64,000 nt of DNA from Phoronis australis (GCA_002633005.1 NMRA01000998.1:1-64000); one strand, 5' to 3'. Counted from the first letter of the stretch, positions 1 through 13,859 are shown. Made by a program: numbers and translations. Notes: generated by a model not told the origin, from the sequence alone.

Positions 1-176
1 GTTGTAGACATGGTGTCCAAGGTTGCTAAACTATTTTTTGGGGAAATTTTACTTAAGTATTAAATTATTTTATGTACGCTATACTGCTTCGTCCTCATTA
101 TCATATTGTTTGGATTCGCGGGTCAGTGACCCTCTTTGTTCTACGATTATTGGTTTAATTGTACCACGTGATCTGC

Positions 177-310
177 TTGTCTTGTCGTAACACTGGACTA
201 TCGTCCATAATTCTCTTCAAGTTTCGAGTTTTCAGTCAATTTCTATTTTGACTGAAAACTCGAAACTTGAAGAGAACTATGGACGATGGCCCAATGTTGC
301 GACAAGACAA
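177..310. repeat. Near-perfect inverted repeat (63-bp arms, 8-nt loop); foldback/MITE-like
   Basis: Arm 177-239 (ttgtcttgtcg...ttttcagtcaa) is the reverse complement of arm 248-310 (ttgactgaaaa...cgacaagacaa) with 5 mismatches, all transitions. Confidence 0.9.
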
Positions 311-495
311 ACCACCTCAGTTTACACCTCAACATATTATGTAACTTTTGTATTTATCGATATCTGAAGTAGTTTAGTTTGTCATAGTATATATGACCTT
401 TGGTCTCACCTACACGTGTTGTTTCACTGTAAACTAGCTTCGGTATCGCTTTGCAGTTAGCACATATAAAATAATTTTTGCTGCACTTAAAAGTT

Positions 496-873
496 TCAAG
501 TGGAACTTGCACGCAAATTCCTTATCACTGTGATTGCTTGGTGAAATTCGTTAGAAACACAACATATAGCGATCGAGTGAATATGAAATACGTTGCCAAA
601 TGTTTTAAGAATGAGTGTTGTGTCGAAAATGATCCACATAAATCACTCAACCGTGTCCAGTAAGAATTGTGATGTAGTTTTGGGGAATAACACTGCATGA
701 TGCGGGCTATGTGAGACTCCAAGGTACCTCATCACTGCACAGGTCGTTTTCACATTTGCAAGTTGTCAATGAATACAACTGCACTTTGTTTAGCATAGAT
801 GATATTCAAATAGCATTGTCGCCTGGTTCCTGCTTTACATTAGCATAGTTCGGAGCATGCAACTACATCTTTA
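496..873. mobile_element. Dispersed repeat copy 1, probable non-autonomous DNA transposon (TTAA-like ends, possibly Kolobok-type)
   Basis: Colinear with 17688-18085 over about 380 bp (aagtggaa.ttgcac...aattccttatc...gtgattgcttggt...gtgtcgaaaatgat...aaatcactcaacc...gatattcaaatagc); ends in ctttaa. The superfamily assignment is inference. Confidence 0.7.
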
Positions 874-2003
874 AATAAATCTTTTATTGGTCATTAATTA
901 ATAAGTGTGTATTTCTGTTCATTTCAAATATTATTTTATCCATAGCAGAAATAAAAGTTGTAGTATTTTCTCTTTTATACAATTTCATTTTTGGGGGTCT
1001 TGTTATCCCTTGGGGTCCAAACACCCACATCTAATCTGCTCCAGGAAAAATGGCGTCTTAAGTTGTGAATATGGTGTCCACTGTTATTAAACTATGTTTT
1101 GGAAAAAAGAATTTTTGTTGCACTTAAAAGTTGAAATACATTGTTAATGGGCCGTTAATTAGTAGGAATCTTAATTAATAACCCCAGGCATTTTCATGTC
1201 TTAAGTTGTGATTTTAATTTGAATGGTGATTTAAATGAAATAAACTTGAAACGGATGTTACACTCAAAATCATTTTGGGTCCTCTTTTGGACCACCCAGG
1301 GACCAAACCCCAGGATTGTGCAACTTAAAAACGCCCCTTTCCTTCAATGGTAGGGGATATACAATAGAATAATGAACTCAAACCTTTCACACTCATACAC
1401 TGTAAGTGTGAAGTCCTGCTGGCTCTCCAACTACACAGTCTTTAGGTAACCATCACTTGTGCTGGAGGAAGTCCTGTGTGAGCTGTTCCTGATAAATTAA
1501 ACGACTACTCACTACTCCAAAAACATAATTTAGACGGAAAATTTAGAGCAGCGAGAAAAAGGTAGGAAAAAGTAGGTAATGTTAGGAATTTCCGAAAAAA
1601 GTAGGAAGAGTAGGAACGGACCAAAAAAGTAGGAAAAAGTAGGAAAATTAGGAACGCTTGAAAGCCTGCACCTTGTGTCGCGGCAGGAATAAATGGGACT
1701 AAATGAACGGAAGCGAAAGTATAATACAGAAAATAAAACACGAATCTAGTAAGTGAAAAAACTACTTGAAATATTTAGCAGGAAGTAAATATCGAGTTAG
1801 GCTAACAGACAATAGGAGCCTAGTTGAGGCAGAGTAACAAGCTAAAACTTATGTGTACACAAAATATAGCCAGTGTACGAACAAAATGGCTAACAAAGGG
1901 TAAAAATAAACCTAGGCAATAGTTGACGAGATGAGGTAGATTAATAAGTTAGAAAGCATGTACACACAAAATATAGGCCGTGGCATAACAAAATTGCTAA
2001 CAA

Positions 2004-2105
2004 GGAGTGGAGTGGAGTGGAGATGGGAGTGGAGTGGAGATGGGAGTGGAGTGGAGTGGAGATGGGAGTGGAGTGGAGTGGAGATGGGAGTGGAGTGGAG
2101 ATGGG
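2004..2105. repeat. (GGAGT)n-like pentanucleotide satellite
   Basis: Runs of ggagt interspersed with ggagat. Confidence 0.95.
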
Positions 2106-2490
2106 CCTAGTAAAGGTAACGAGTAACAAATAAATAAAAAGAAGCCTGTACAGGGTATGGCGGGGGNTATAGGGTTTCGGAGTGTATTTGCCTCTGACGT
2201 CTCGTTCGAATGTCGGGTATCACGTGACTTTTCGCTTAGAGGCGGAGCTTGCGATAGGATCGCAAGAGCGGCCGGGGATTAGTGTGATAATGTTTTTAAA
2301 CCCAAAAGCGATTCCGTTAAGAATTCAGCATTGACAACTTAACAACGGTGAAGTGCCCGGTTAAATCGGGTATTAAGCTACTTTCATCAAAGAGACAAAA
2401 CTTACCATTAGAAGCTGAAATCAAGTTTTTCCTTAGTGAGATTTGAGGTGATTTCAGAGCTTCGACAGAAATGGTAATTCGTTGCTGCAT

Positions 2491-2617
2491 GAGAACGAGG
2501 CTTTACAAGTTGGTATCTCATGGTGTATTGGTGTTATTGCTTGAGAACAAGGCTTTACAAGTTGGTATCTCATGGTGTAGTGGTGTTATTGCTTGAGAAC
2601 GAAGCTTTACAAGTTGG
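2491..2617. repeat. 52-bp tandem repeat, about 2.4 copies
   Basis: Unit gagaacgaggctttacaagttggtatctcatggtgtattggtgttattgctt starts at 2491, 2543 and 2595. Confidence 0.9.
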
Positions 2618-5600
2618 CTTGTTACGACGTGTCATTTTATGTTCCGAGCATGCTCTCAATAAATAATGAACTGTCAGTTATGGCAAACCTAGAAATCGCT
2701 TCCCGTTTGTTAAGAAAAAGTGGAGAACAATTTTATAGCAGGTGTCTTGAACTATTTTCCCTCTAAGCTTTTATTTCCCCCGCGTAACATTCTTTACTGA
2801 GTGCAAGCGGCTTAACTTCCGACGGTAGTCAGTGGAAACGGTCATTTACCACCGGATTAAATTTACTGCTGGGTATTAAATTTACTCTTCTTCAGAACTT
2901 GAGCTTAGGGACTGGCAACGCGAGTTTGTGGCCGCTACAAGCTCAGACAACGGCCGTGGCATTTAACGGTAAAACGGCTGCTACTGTTACCTTCCATAGA
3001 AAATTTGTATCTTGTTATGTAATCAGTCACTGAGAATCTTCAAAGAAACTTGATAAACAAAGTACAGATCTGCAACGTTTACTTTCACACCTAGCCCTTT
3101 TTAACAGCAGGCTGTTTAAATTCTTAACGTGCGATTTGACGGTAAGTGATATAGTTCGAGAGAGCATTAAATTAATGTTTCGAAAGTTCATGTCACTAAA
3201 CAATTAAGTTTTAAAAATATTGGCAGCTTAGCATCGGCTTCATAATATTTTTGAGAGGTTTACTTCGTGTTAATTTTTGTGCCCAAATGGGCACAAGTCC
3301 CAATGATAAAAAGTTGAAAGAGAAATAACAGTTTTGTTCCATGACACAATAGATGGGGCTGCTGGTCGTTGCTTCAATATTTGCGGTATGGTACATGTAT
3401 ATTCTTGTCGTTAACCACTGTAGAAGAAGCATTTTTCACAGCAGGTCGATGCTGTGTGTAATCTTGAGGTGAACACAGAGATGTGAGTTATCTACTCCTC
3501 CCCGATACCCATAAGGGTTGTGTAATACTTCATCGACAAATCTATGTCTTTACTTAATATAACAGAAATTCACTGTGTAACAGGGTATGATTTCTTAAAG
3601 TAGAAGTGTGTAGACTTAATTTTTAACTTAATACCAATCTGTCTTTAATTGGGTCTTTGTAGCAAAAAAGCCACATTCATAGTAAAACACGACCAATTTT
3701 CATTTGTATAGATCAAATTTCAAAAACGTTCTTAAAATTTTAAAATTATAATTTCGTTTCAAGTAACTGTTGACTTTTTCATGAAAATCATAAAAGTGTT
3801 ATTTTCATACAGCCTCATGTGAATGTGAAACATTTTAACAATTCCTAGAATAAGTATACCTAAATAAAACAACAAAAATAGATCACTGAAAATTACGGAT
3901 GTGAAACACTTGAGCCTCATGTTTATGTATGGTTTGTGACAAATTGATTAACTAGCAATTTCCAATAAGACATTTTTGCCAAAAAAAACAACAAACATCT
4001 CCCCTCCGTGACTTTGCATTATATCCCGCAAAATTCACAACAAATGGCCCTTTTGACTAAGGAAATAGCTATTACAAAAAGTATCCCAAAGCCACAACAG
4101 CTTCAGGAATTTTCACCATCAAAGCACTATTGTCAACAAAACCAACTTTTCATTCAGACCACTTACCCCTGTAACACTGGTCTCAAAATTTTCCTTACTT
4201 AAAACTGCACTTTGCAGCTGTTTAGGTACCCAAAACGAAAAATTGCATGAATTTCCGCGATAGGAGCCTATTTAAAAACCAAAGCCACTCGTTCCAAAAT
4301 GCAACACTGACAAACATTACAACATCCGCCCCATCCTCAATTGCAGACAGATGAGCCGGCAGCTAAAGTTACTGTCAATACACACATGCGCCATTTTCAA
4401 ATTCGATATTTTAGGTCTGACCAACTCCAAAATTCGGTTACGAGTTTTCTTAACTGAGAACTGTTGGTAACGAACATCAAGTCGTGTAAACAATATTAAG
4501 AGACCGATTTAGAAGCTTAAGTGACTTAATTCATCTTTCGATTTTTTGCAGTTAAATTATGAGAAAAAGTAGATTTATATTTCTCAACGCTAGACACCCC
4601 AAGACACAAAAAATACACATACAAAGTACGTTTAGTTCATCTCTTATAAGACAGTCTAAAACATTTTTATCTATTTCACTTAACAGGAAGACAAAAATTA
4701 TTAGTAACACGTGGGTTGTCGACGACGCACTGCACAACTGAAATTATTTTAGTTAAAATTCACATCCGAAACTAAAGAAAATGAAACCAAAAGAAACAAA
4801 ATCACTCAAAGAGAAATTTCTGGTAATTTGAAATGTGCCTAAGGGGCTATAGTTATACGGCGAGAAAAACACTAATCAATGAAGACAATCACAAATGACA
4901 GATTAAGCAGTACAGCTCCACCAAACACGCCTTTTAAAGAACGGAAACTAAAAACTACCATTAACATTCCCTCTCAGGGTATTGAACTGATATAGCGATT
5001 AGTTGGACAGGGCATGAATACGAAATTTCAAAAAAATTCCGTACCAGTGCAACTCACTGAAAGTCGTTTGAAACACTTTTATTTAAAGGGGTACTAGTTA
5101 ACATCCTACCATCCTACCTGGAATTAAGTCACTCACACACTCAAACACGCACACACGATGTCTTAAAAATGTCTACATCATCCATGAACACATCATTCAG
5201 AGCGTCAGCAAGCACAAGCCAAGAGGAATGTCGAAAAGTCACGGTAGACGAGTCAACGGCAGGTGACTCTTCGCATCCTTTCGTTGGTTGAAACCAGTTA
5301 ACATCATGAAATTTATTTTGAGACACGTGACTTCAATGTTTAGGGGAATTAATTTTATCTTGAACATTATTTTTAAACCAAAACCGTCTTTCCAAAATGT
5401 GAACCACAACTAAACCATTCATTTTGTGACTCTCGTATTCCGGCTGCCGTTTCTACCCTTTTCTTAAAACCGTAGTGTTCTTTCCTCTTGGGATGATATC
5501 GCATGACACTTCTGTTGATCACATTCATGTATGGATGATTTTATCTAATTGCCTGGAGAAGCGTGCACTTTCTTTTTGAGTAATTTAGTTTATTCGGAAT

Positions 5601-8600
5601 AATCTGAGACCCTGAAAATTGTCGATAAGAAATAGGGGTGGAAAGCAAGCAAAATGAGCACTAACTACAATTTCGCATCTAACCATTGGCTTATTTACGT
5701 AAACAAAATGGTTGGCATGTGACGTCATGAAATTGAACAACGATCGACAACGGTCTAAGGCAAAAGATAAAAAACAGAGTGTGAATACAGTAAAACGAGT
5801 GGAAAATGGCATGTTGCGTTACATGAGAGAATATTTTTTTTGTTTCTTCAAGTACGAAAGTGAAAAGTTCACACATTCAAACGGACATCTCATGCACGAC
5901 CTTCGGTTTTCCCCCAACAAAATGGCTGAAAAATCTTTTCTCATTGCAACCATCGAAAATTGAACATTAAGATCATATTAATTGTGTCCATTTCCCATAA
6001 TTCAGACAAAAGAACAACATCGTGAGCTCTGTTGTTGCGTCATTACACAATTTTTTCTGCCAGAAATGTCCATACATCAATAAATGACGAAGTGTGTTGC
6101 GACTCAGGGAAGTACAAAAAACTGTTCGAGAATTATAAAAAAATGCTTATCAAAATACTACACGTACCATAATTAAAGTTTGCAGATAAAGGCACACTTC
6201 GCTGACCGGAAGGCATAATCGTTTCCAAAGATTATGATACACCTGATGATACGATGTTTTAAGATGATTCCGGACTCTTCCAAGAGTTTTTTTAATCTTG
6301 CTGCGTCACAAGAGCACTCACTAGGCTATTGAGTAGCCTCGATATCACGCGTTGTTTTTTCCAGAAAACTAGTACGCAAATACTAGCATCAAATATCTAT
6401 TAAATCGTGCATTATTTTTAATTTAATAAATCGGCACAGTTATGACTTTTAGAGTGATTTGTACATCCATAAATTGTGGCACTCGCTTTTACGAGAATAT
6501 TTAACGCCCATACCAAGATGACGAGAAGTTTTGAATACGTGACCTTCCTTCAGTAAAAAATATCTATCGGCGTTGAGTCAGTGTGTATATGCACCAAGCT
6601 TGCGAGAACACAAAGGGGTAACAGTTGGTCCTTGACCAGTAAGAAGGTTTGCTACATTTGATCCTCTTCTGTCCCTTCAAACCAATGAACATGTATATCT
6701 ATACTTATACGTACATATTTAAGTGTACGTTAAGAAAACCGTTGAAACAAACTTGGCTGCTAAAGCAATGTAACGATTGTCTTTTCTCCATTCACCCCTC
6801 ACAAACTGACCTGAATCCGCCAACAATAATTGTTTTAGCGAGAGATAGCCAACCACATCCGATTCCTTTCCAAGCTTTCTCACACTAGGCACTTTTAGCG
6901 AGCAAAATAAATAGACCATGTTTGGCTGTGTTGTTAGTTGTGTTCATTGGCGTAGCCACAAGGGGGGGGGGGGNAGGGGGGGGGGGGGCACAAAGGGTTC
7001 GTGCTCTTTAGTCTCCGGTTGATACTTAGTCCAATTTTGTATTCACAATTGCTGGGAAACGGTTCGGCCAATTAATTACGAGCGCATTACAGTCCAGAAA
7101 TAATTTAGCTAGTGTATAACATTAGATACTTTAGACTTTTGCACAAGTGAGATTTAATTATTTCTCAGAAATAATTGTGTAGAACGTAAGACCAAATTTT
7201 TTAAGCCTTAAGTCATTTTTTTACGAAACAGACCCAGCAGTGCCTTCACGAAATCGGAATAAATTACTCATTACAACGTTGTACAGTGGTCTCTTGTAAA
7301 TAAACGTCGACAGTCAAAACTGCAATTTCTTAAAGTAAAAATATAAATGTCGGTAACTCTTCGCGGCTAAAGATAAGTTACAAAAGAGGTCAAGGTATAA
7401 ACTAGACTATTATCTCCATCACTACTATTGTATTTAAAGTTTACTGTGCCACTCAACGTCATCACTCACGGACACTACAAAACAAGACAGCTAAACCCTA
7501 GAAAACTTTATTAGTTTAAAACTGGGGAATATCTAAAAAAACAGGTTAGTTAAAACTTGTTAAGTTCGAATACACTACTAGTTGTAAGAAATGCCAAGTG
7601 CAGTATGCTTCTTTGAAAAAACATGGTTTTTATTTTCTTCATGGATGATGGGTAGTTTGAGTCATTCTGTATGCGACAGTCCGCTCGATTCCAAAGTAGG
7701 GGCCAAAAAGAGAAAACGTACTATAAAACACTCAGCATTTTACATTGCATAGGCACGTGTGTTTGCTATAGTGCTAAACGTAGACACGCACATACAGTAT
7801 ACAGGAATTTTTAAACTGTTCCACTTTTGCATAAGGGTTACTAACAATAGGATTTATATGATTTTCAGAAAAATCTAAAGTTGTCTAAAACCAAAGCGAC
7901 ATGAGAGAACAGCATTTTTGATATCTTAGCTTGAACGAATATTAAACAAAATTTGAAGTCATTGATACCCTCCCTTAAAGGAGTCACATTTCGAAACTTA
8001 CATGAAAGGCACATGGGACAAACAAAAAACAGAACATGTTTTGGCTTCCCTTGTTGACAACAGAAAAACAATTCAGGTTTTCGTGTTTCAATGTTCGATA
8101 ACCGCCAAAGACCCTTGAGGGACTGTCGTTTGAGCCAGTGTATTATTAGGCCTACTCACATTTCTATACTTCGGCTAGTCATGTTTTCTATGTGGCACGC
8201 GAATGAGTTTTGATTATGGTGTAAAACTGTTTGATCTGGTGTGTTTACTAATTCACAGAACACATATTTATAATGCAGGACTATTTGTTTTGTTAATAGG
8301 AGATCCTGCTTATTATTTATTGTCGTGCCTTAAAACGTTGGTATGTTTTGTTTCTGTTTGTTTGCCAGAAAACCGCATTGCTATTTCCAAAACCCAAGCA
8401 TGTAGCTAAAACGGCAGTGACAGCTGGATAGACTGTTCTGAATTTCTCACCGAGTCGTGTTTTTTACAAAAAACACGATTTTTGTGACGTTTCCGGCTAT
8501 TTTTAATACAAATTGTTCCTCGGCCTCTAAGAAATTGATCCATCTTCGATGTCAATGGCGCAATTATTTTACAACAATTATGCATCTTTTCCATTGTTGG

Positions 8601-9919
8601 CGCACTAGTTCAAAGTCGCCAGTGTGTGTTGCATAATAATACGGTGATATTTTAAAACTAATGCATGTTAGTACAGTCAAAGCCCTTTACAACGGACCTG
8701 GTTGATAACATTCGTCTAGTTATGGCACTTCAGTCCACAGTCCATAGCCCGACAGTAGCAACAGATAAGCTACATTTTACGTAGGAGTCACAACACGATC
8801 TTTGTAACCATATACGTTTTGTCGTTAGGTTTACAGGCTTACGCTCAAGGCCAAGGATATAATCTTTTCACTTGGAACCGAAGTAACATTTTTCATTCTA
8901 CTTCAGCACGAACTCAAAACAAGTGTCTAATATATTCTCCACTCGAGAACATGATGGTTTACGTGGATGACTGTGTTGGTGATCCCAGCTTCAAGCTGTA
9001 AGTTCGAGTTTGAGCTCAAAATTTCGAATTTTACACGAAATCTCGAGTTTTTACTAGAATTTATAGCTTAAATCAAGGGTTTATCAAATGTAAACTTCCA
9101 CTTACTGGCGCAATGTATCATACACTCAAGGGCAAAATGATGGATAATCATCTTGGGGTCGTATTAACGGAGAACAGAAAATGTCCAAAAATGTGTTAGT
9201 AACATTCCGAGTAACAAGATTAGACCGTGAGAACACGTAGAATAGGTTTTGTTTTAGCAGACTACAGTAAGTGATGTTAACTCTAAAAGTATAGAAATAA
9301 AAGTATACCAAACATAATAACTTTAAATATACAATCGCGTGGAAGGTTTTAGTGACGTCGATCCTACATCGTAACAACACTTCTCAGTAAAACAAATAAT
9401 TCAATTCTTTGGGAGAAGAGAAGTTTCAAATTTGGCAGAATGTTCATCTCGAGAACGCTGAACATCATCTCGAATTAAATAGATCATCTTGTCGCGTCAA
9501 CACAAACACCATGTTACAGAATAAACCCTTTCGTAGGACGCTTATTTGTCAATAAGCATGAATAGCGCTGACTTAGATACACGCAGTTAACTGGGCTACC
9601 AAATTTTAGGCAGTCAAGATCGGCATGTAACACAATACACGCACGTATTAAAAAGAGACTAGCTTTGAAATATGAGATAACCTACATATACTAGAAACCA
9701 ATTAGTTGAGCCAGCTAAGTACATAAATTCCTTTTCATACTTTTTCTTTTGATCGACAACTGGAAATACTCAATGTCATCGATTGACTAAATAAAACAGT
9801 CAATATTCAATTGTCAACGTGTTTTTACATATGATATTTATATGGGAATTACAAATGATTGTATACATCTGCGGGAGACCACCACTGATCACATGGGAAC
9901 TGCAGTTTAGGTGGTCTGT

Positions 9920-10407
9920 GGCCGGTTGCATGAAATAGTCCCAAATAGGGACTCGACTAAGTTCCCTAAATCTACTGCGTATTTTGGACTTGTGAAAACA
10001 TCGATTGACGTTTCTTGTATTGTTTTAGTTTCATTACTAAGTCAACTTTTGACTTTAATACAAAGCAGTGCTATCACTGAAGAGGCCACCCTCATTTTAA
10101 ATATCACAATAATAAATAAATAAATAAACTCTGCGTTGAATTGTCAATGTTATCGAAAATAATTGGGTATCTTTTCATGCAACACCCCAATTTAGGGACT
10201 GAGTCACTATTGATTTTCAATGAACTCTGAGCTCAGTTTTTTAGTTATATTATTAGAAAATGTCATTAATCAAGGAGGAGCTCGTAATAAAGATGAAATG
10301 ATAGAAAAATATTGCATCTGTGAGTCCATAAAGACATAAATATGCAAAAAGACTTAGGGACATTAGTTGAGTCCCTAGCTATTTGGGATTGCTTCATGCA
10401 ACCGGCC
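9920..10407. mobile_element. MITE with ~50-bp imperfect TIRs (PIF/Harbinger-like GGCC termini)
   Basis: 5' ggccggttgcatgaaatagtcccaaatagggactcgactaagttccctaaatc matches 3' gacttagggacattagttgagtccctagctatttgggattgcttcatgcaaccggcc in inverted orientation. No coding capacity; a clean TSD is not visible. Confidence 0.8.
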
Positions 10408-10855
10408 ATTGGTGTCTTTTGCTGTGCATTAGATGTGTGCAGACCGACATACAGTGGTCGGACTCATTGTGCGAAACTGAGTGAACTGGCATTAGGATAA
10501 CAATAGATCGTCTTGGCCATTTTAGAGGAGGCGTCTATCAGTAATAAAACGCATGGGCCTAAACATGCCCCCGGTATAAAATTGATTTACCCACTTGCAC
10601 TATTCAAATTTCGTTTCATTATCAAATACTATCAATTAGTTGTCATTTTAATTCCTGAAGAGATGAATGCAATGCCGAAATTTTGTGTTTTTTTTCTTCT
10701 GCCATCTGCGCAATCGAGTTGTTGACATTGATACAAACAATCGGTGAAAACGCACTGAAAGCTAATCAAATATGTCCTTGCTATGCTTTAAAAATGCAAA
10801 CAACATCCCGTACACGTGCGACTGCAGGTGTTGTATTGACAGCGACAGATAACCA

Positions 10856-10910
10856 ATGCACCTCGGTAGATCTGCTACAGACAACCAGTGGCACATCTAC
10901 AGAGGTGCAT
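10856..10910. ncRNA. Candidate pre-miRNA-like hairpin
   Basis: 23-bp stem atgcacctcggtagatctgctac / gtggcacatctacagaggtgcat with a 9-nt loop; 2 mismatches plus 1 G-U pair on the + strand. Not a miRNA family I recognise. Confidence 0.3.
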
Positions 10911-13392
10911 CCAAATCAGCACACAAAAGACAACCTCCACGCCTATGGCGAAACAGAAAGGTTTGTCCGATTAAAAAACCACAAGTTAAGACCGTGTACG
11001 GTCTAAACTAGCATTATATAGTCCGGATACCTATCGTCGTCAGGCTCCAAAGGTCGTCCGCCATCTTGTTTCGCGTGCAGCGCAACCACGCGGGACTTAG
11101 CGTTCCAATTTGGAGTGCTCGTCTGCACGTTAGGTACTAACCTCTCGGGAGAAACACGCATGGAAGAACTGAGACTAAAATTAGTGCATTTACCGACTGT
11201 TTTTTTGAGACCACTTAAAACTTGTCGATTTTACTAATGCACTTTTTTGTTCATTTTCAGAAGATATTTTCGAAATTAAATTTTCTTCAGACGGAACAAA
11301 AAGCAACTCAGGGGTTGTTTATGCAATGTATCTATTTGTCCCAGGCACTAACCGACATCTGTTAGGCCAAAGGAAAAACGCAGCAGACAAATGGAACACG
11401 CTGGGTGCTTAACAGTTTCGGCCCACGCCTTAGTCATCAAAATATTGTTCACTTGTTTTTTTATTGCCACACAAAGTACTGAGCTCAAAATTTATGTTGA
11501 AATTTTTGGTTAAAGCATTTTGAATTTATTTGAGGAAAATTAAAATACTTGAATTGATAGAGAATGGCCACCAATAAAGTAAAACATTGACTTTATTTCA
11601 CTATATTGCAATTGTTACATACAACACAGCATGACATAATCAAAAATAAAAGAAGAGATTGAGCAATAGAATTCAAGTGCAACTTGGATATTTATTTATT
11701 TATTTATGAATGCAGAAGCCTGTTAAAGATGAGAAAAAATCAAACAATACAATTATGGGTAATTTATTAGAACAATTGTATCGAGGTTCAATGATCAACT
11801 TTCCCCGACCAAGTCTCAAAGGGTTACAGCTCTGTTTTGGCTGACAAGGTGTTAACAGAGAATGAAGAGAAACTGAAAAGAAAAAGAAAGACAGCAGAGA
11901 TAAGTGGTGTTAAGAACAACATGAGCAAAAAGTCAAATAAAGAGGTCACAAATACAAAATAAGTAAGGTCTATCTGGAATAAAACAATTGCGATTTATTT
12001 TCCAGAACTGAAATTCTAAATCAATTTTAATCGATTTAAAAATCGATATCATACTAGTAAAACGGTTTGTGGTTGAAGTAGAGTTGCTGTAAACCACTTT
12101 CCACTATTTTCTTGGCCTTTTTCTGTGTGGTTTTCTGTTCATTCAAAAGGCGGCAGCATATGATGACCATTGGAGTCATTATAAAATGGCTGCCGAAAAG
12201 CAATGCACAGTTGAACAACTCGGCTTAAGTAAAAGAAAACGTTTGAATTAACGAATCTTAGATATTTGTAAGAGTTAAATCAAATCCTATTCAGAACATA
12301 ACTTTGAAATGGAATAATTGGGTGAGTACGACAACAAGCCAGTTTTATGCTTAGGCGGACGACCATTGGGTTCCCGAGTTTTTATCCACGGAGAAATACC
12401 GCCAACGACTGGGACGACAGCGCAGCCGATAACCCTGTTGGCCGCCAACGCTCACTAGGAACTGGTCTACATAGACGATGAACCTATCTGGAACATAAAC
12501 TATTGCATGCTCAAGCTAACGAACTTCTTGGAAGTTACAGCATGCTTAAGAAGAGAAACCATGAGCTGCGAGAAACAACCAACTCGCTTTTGCGACTGAC
12601 ATCCGCAAAAAGGAACAGGTCCTACAATTTTGGAATACAGATTCTGAACTCGCTTCTAACCAAACTCTTTTCGCGCAGTATTCCTCCGGAAATTATATAA
12701 ACTAAATTTCAGCAGTCAGTTTTGAAAACTCCAAGGCCATGAGTGGTTTTCAGCCAACGGGTCTAAATGTATTCTTTGTGACGTGTTCTGCAGCATCAAT
12801 TGTCTCCTAACTTCATGTTTGTTATTGTTCCTACGCTTTTGTATCAACCAACCTCTTTAACAATTTATAAAAAATCATCACGATCAATACCCGCATTACG
12901 GCGGCAGCCTCTTGCTAACTAAGGTTCGGACATTGCAGCTAAACAACACAACGCATCTCAGCGGAAATGACTTTAAAGCTGACAAGTCTTGCGTCCTGAC
13001 GTTGGATAGGATTACAATGCACAATAGTGGCCATCCCAACCACAGTATAACATTGAATCCGATTTTGACCAAACTTGAAAAAAAAAACGAACCATCGAGA
13101 TGGCCATGCCCTTTTAAGTCAGTCAAACAAGTATGAAAAACAATGGAATATACCCTGCTCAATATATCAGAAAGTGAACTCATCTATCTGTTCTCTCACA
13201 ACTGTTTTTTCTTGAGTCGGACTGTATGCTTGCAAGGGAGTGCAAACGTTAAGAGTCTGGGTATGGTGAGAGACCGTGTGGTTAAGACTATTCACCAAGT
13301 GATTTATCACCACACCGAACCTGTTGTAGATGGAAGACGAACGAGAGGTGATCCCAAAATGGGAAGGATGGAAAAAGAGTTTGTAACCTTCT

Positions 13393-13720
13393 CACAGTTT
13401 GGCTCAGTGGCTAAAGCTGCGGACTCAGGCTTGGGAGACCTGGGTTCAAATCCTGGTTTCACTGACTGACAATCAATCATTGCACATCGGTGCCACCTAT
13501 TCCTCCAAGCTTGGTCTTACTAGTGAATGAGAACTTGAATATACTGCGAAAGCAATTCCTGGGACTGTGCTCATATAAATAAAAGAACTTCTCACCCCCA
13601 TTACTACATGACTCAAGCTCAACCTCCCCGCCCGATTTATAAGAATAAATCAGTGTTTCAAACTGCAAATGTTGGAGAATAAATGATTTCAGACAAAACA
13701 TTAAACAGGACTTTAAATAA
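13393..13720 (+). mobile_element. tRNA-derived SINE
   Basis: Pol III A-box TGGCTCAGTGG (13400-13410) and B-box GGTTCAAATCC (13443-13453) at tRNA spacing. There is no intact acceptor stem, and the head is followed by a ~250-bp body and an A-rich tail. The 3' boundary is approximate. Confidence 0.7.
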
Positions 13721-13736
13721 CACTTTTTAATGAAGA

Positions 13737-13859
13737 ACTGCTACTGCAACTGCTGGTGCTGCTGCTGCTAGTGGAGGTGGTGGTGCTGCTGCTGGTGCTG
13801 CTAGTGGCGGTGCAGCTGCTGGTGCTAGTGGTGGTGGTGGTGCTACTGCTGTTGCTGCT
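13737..13859. repeat. Degenerate GCT/GGT trinucleotide microsatellite
   Basis: ctgctgctgctagtggaggtggtggtgctgct...; not inside any supported ORF. Confidence 0.9.

Noticed and set aside
2534-2600. ttattgcttgagaa matches the 5' part of invertebrate miR-137
   Set aside because: The match ends after 14 nt, lies inside a 52-bp tandem repeat and has no complementary arm.
5168-5291. Short + strand ORF MSTSSMNTSFRASAS... with a possible donor (cag|gtgact)
   Set aside because: No downstream exon or homology found; indistinguishable from chance.
13393-13470. Possible tRNA gene
   Set aside because: A and B boxes are present but the acceptor stem does not pair and there is no T-run terminator; treated as a SINE head.
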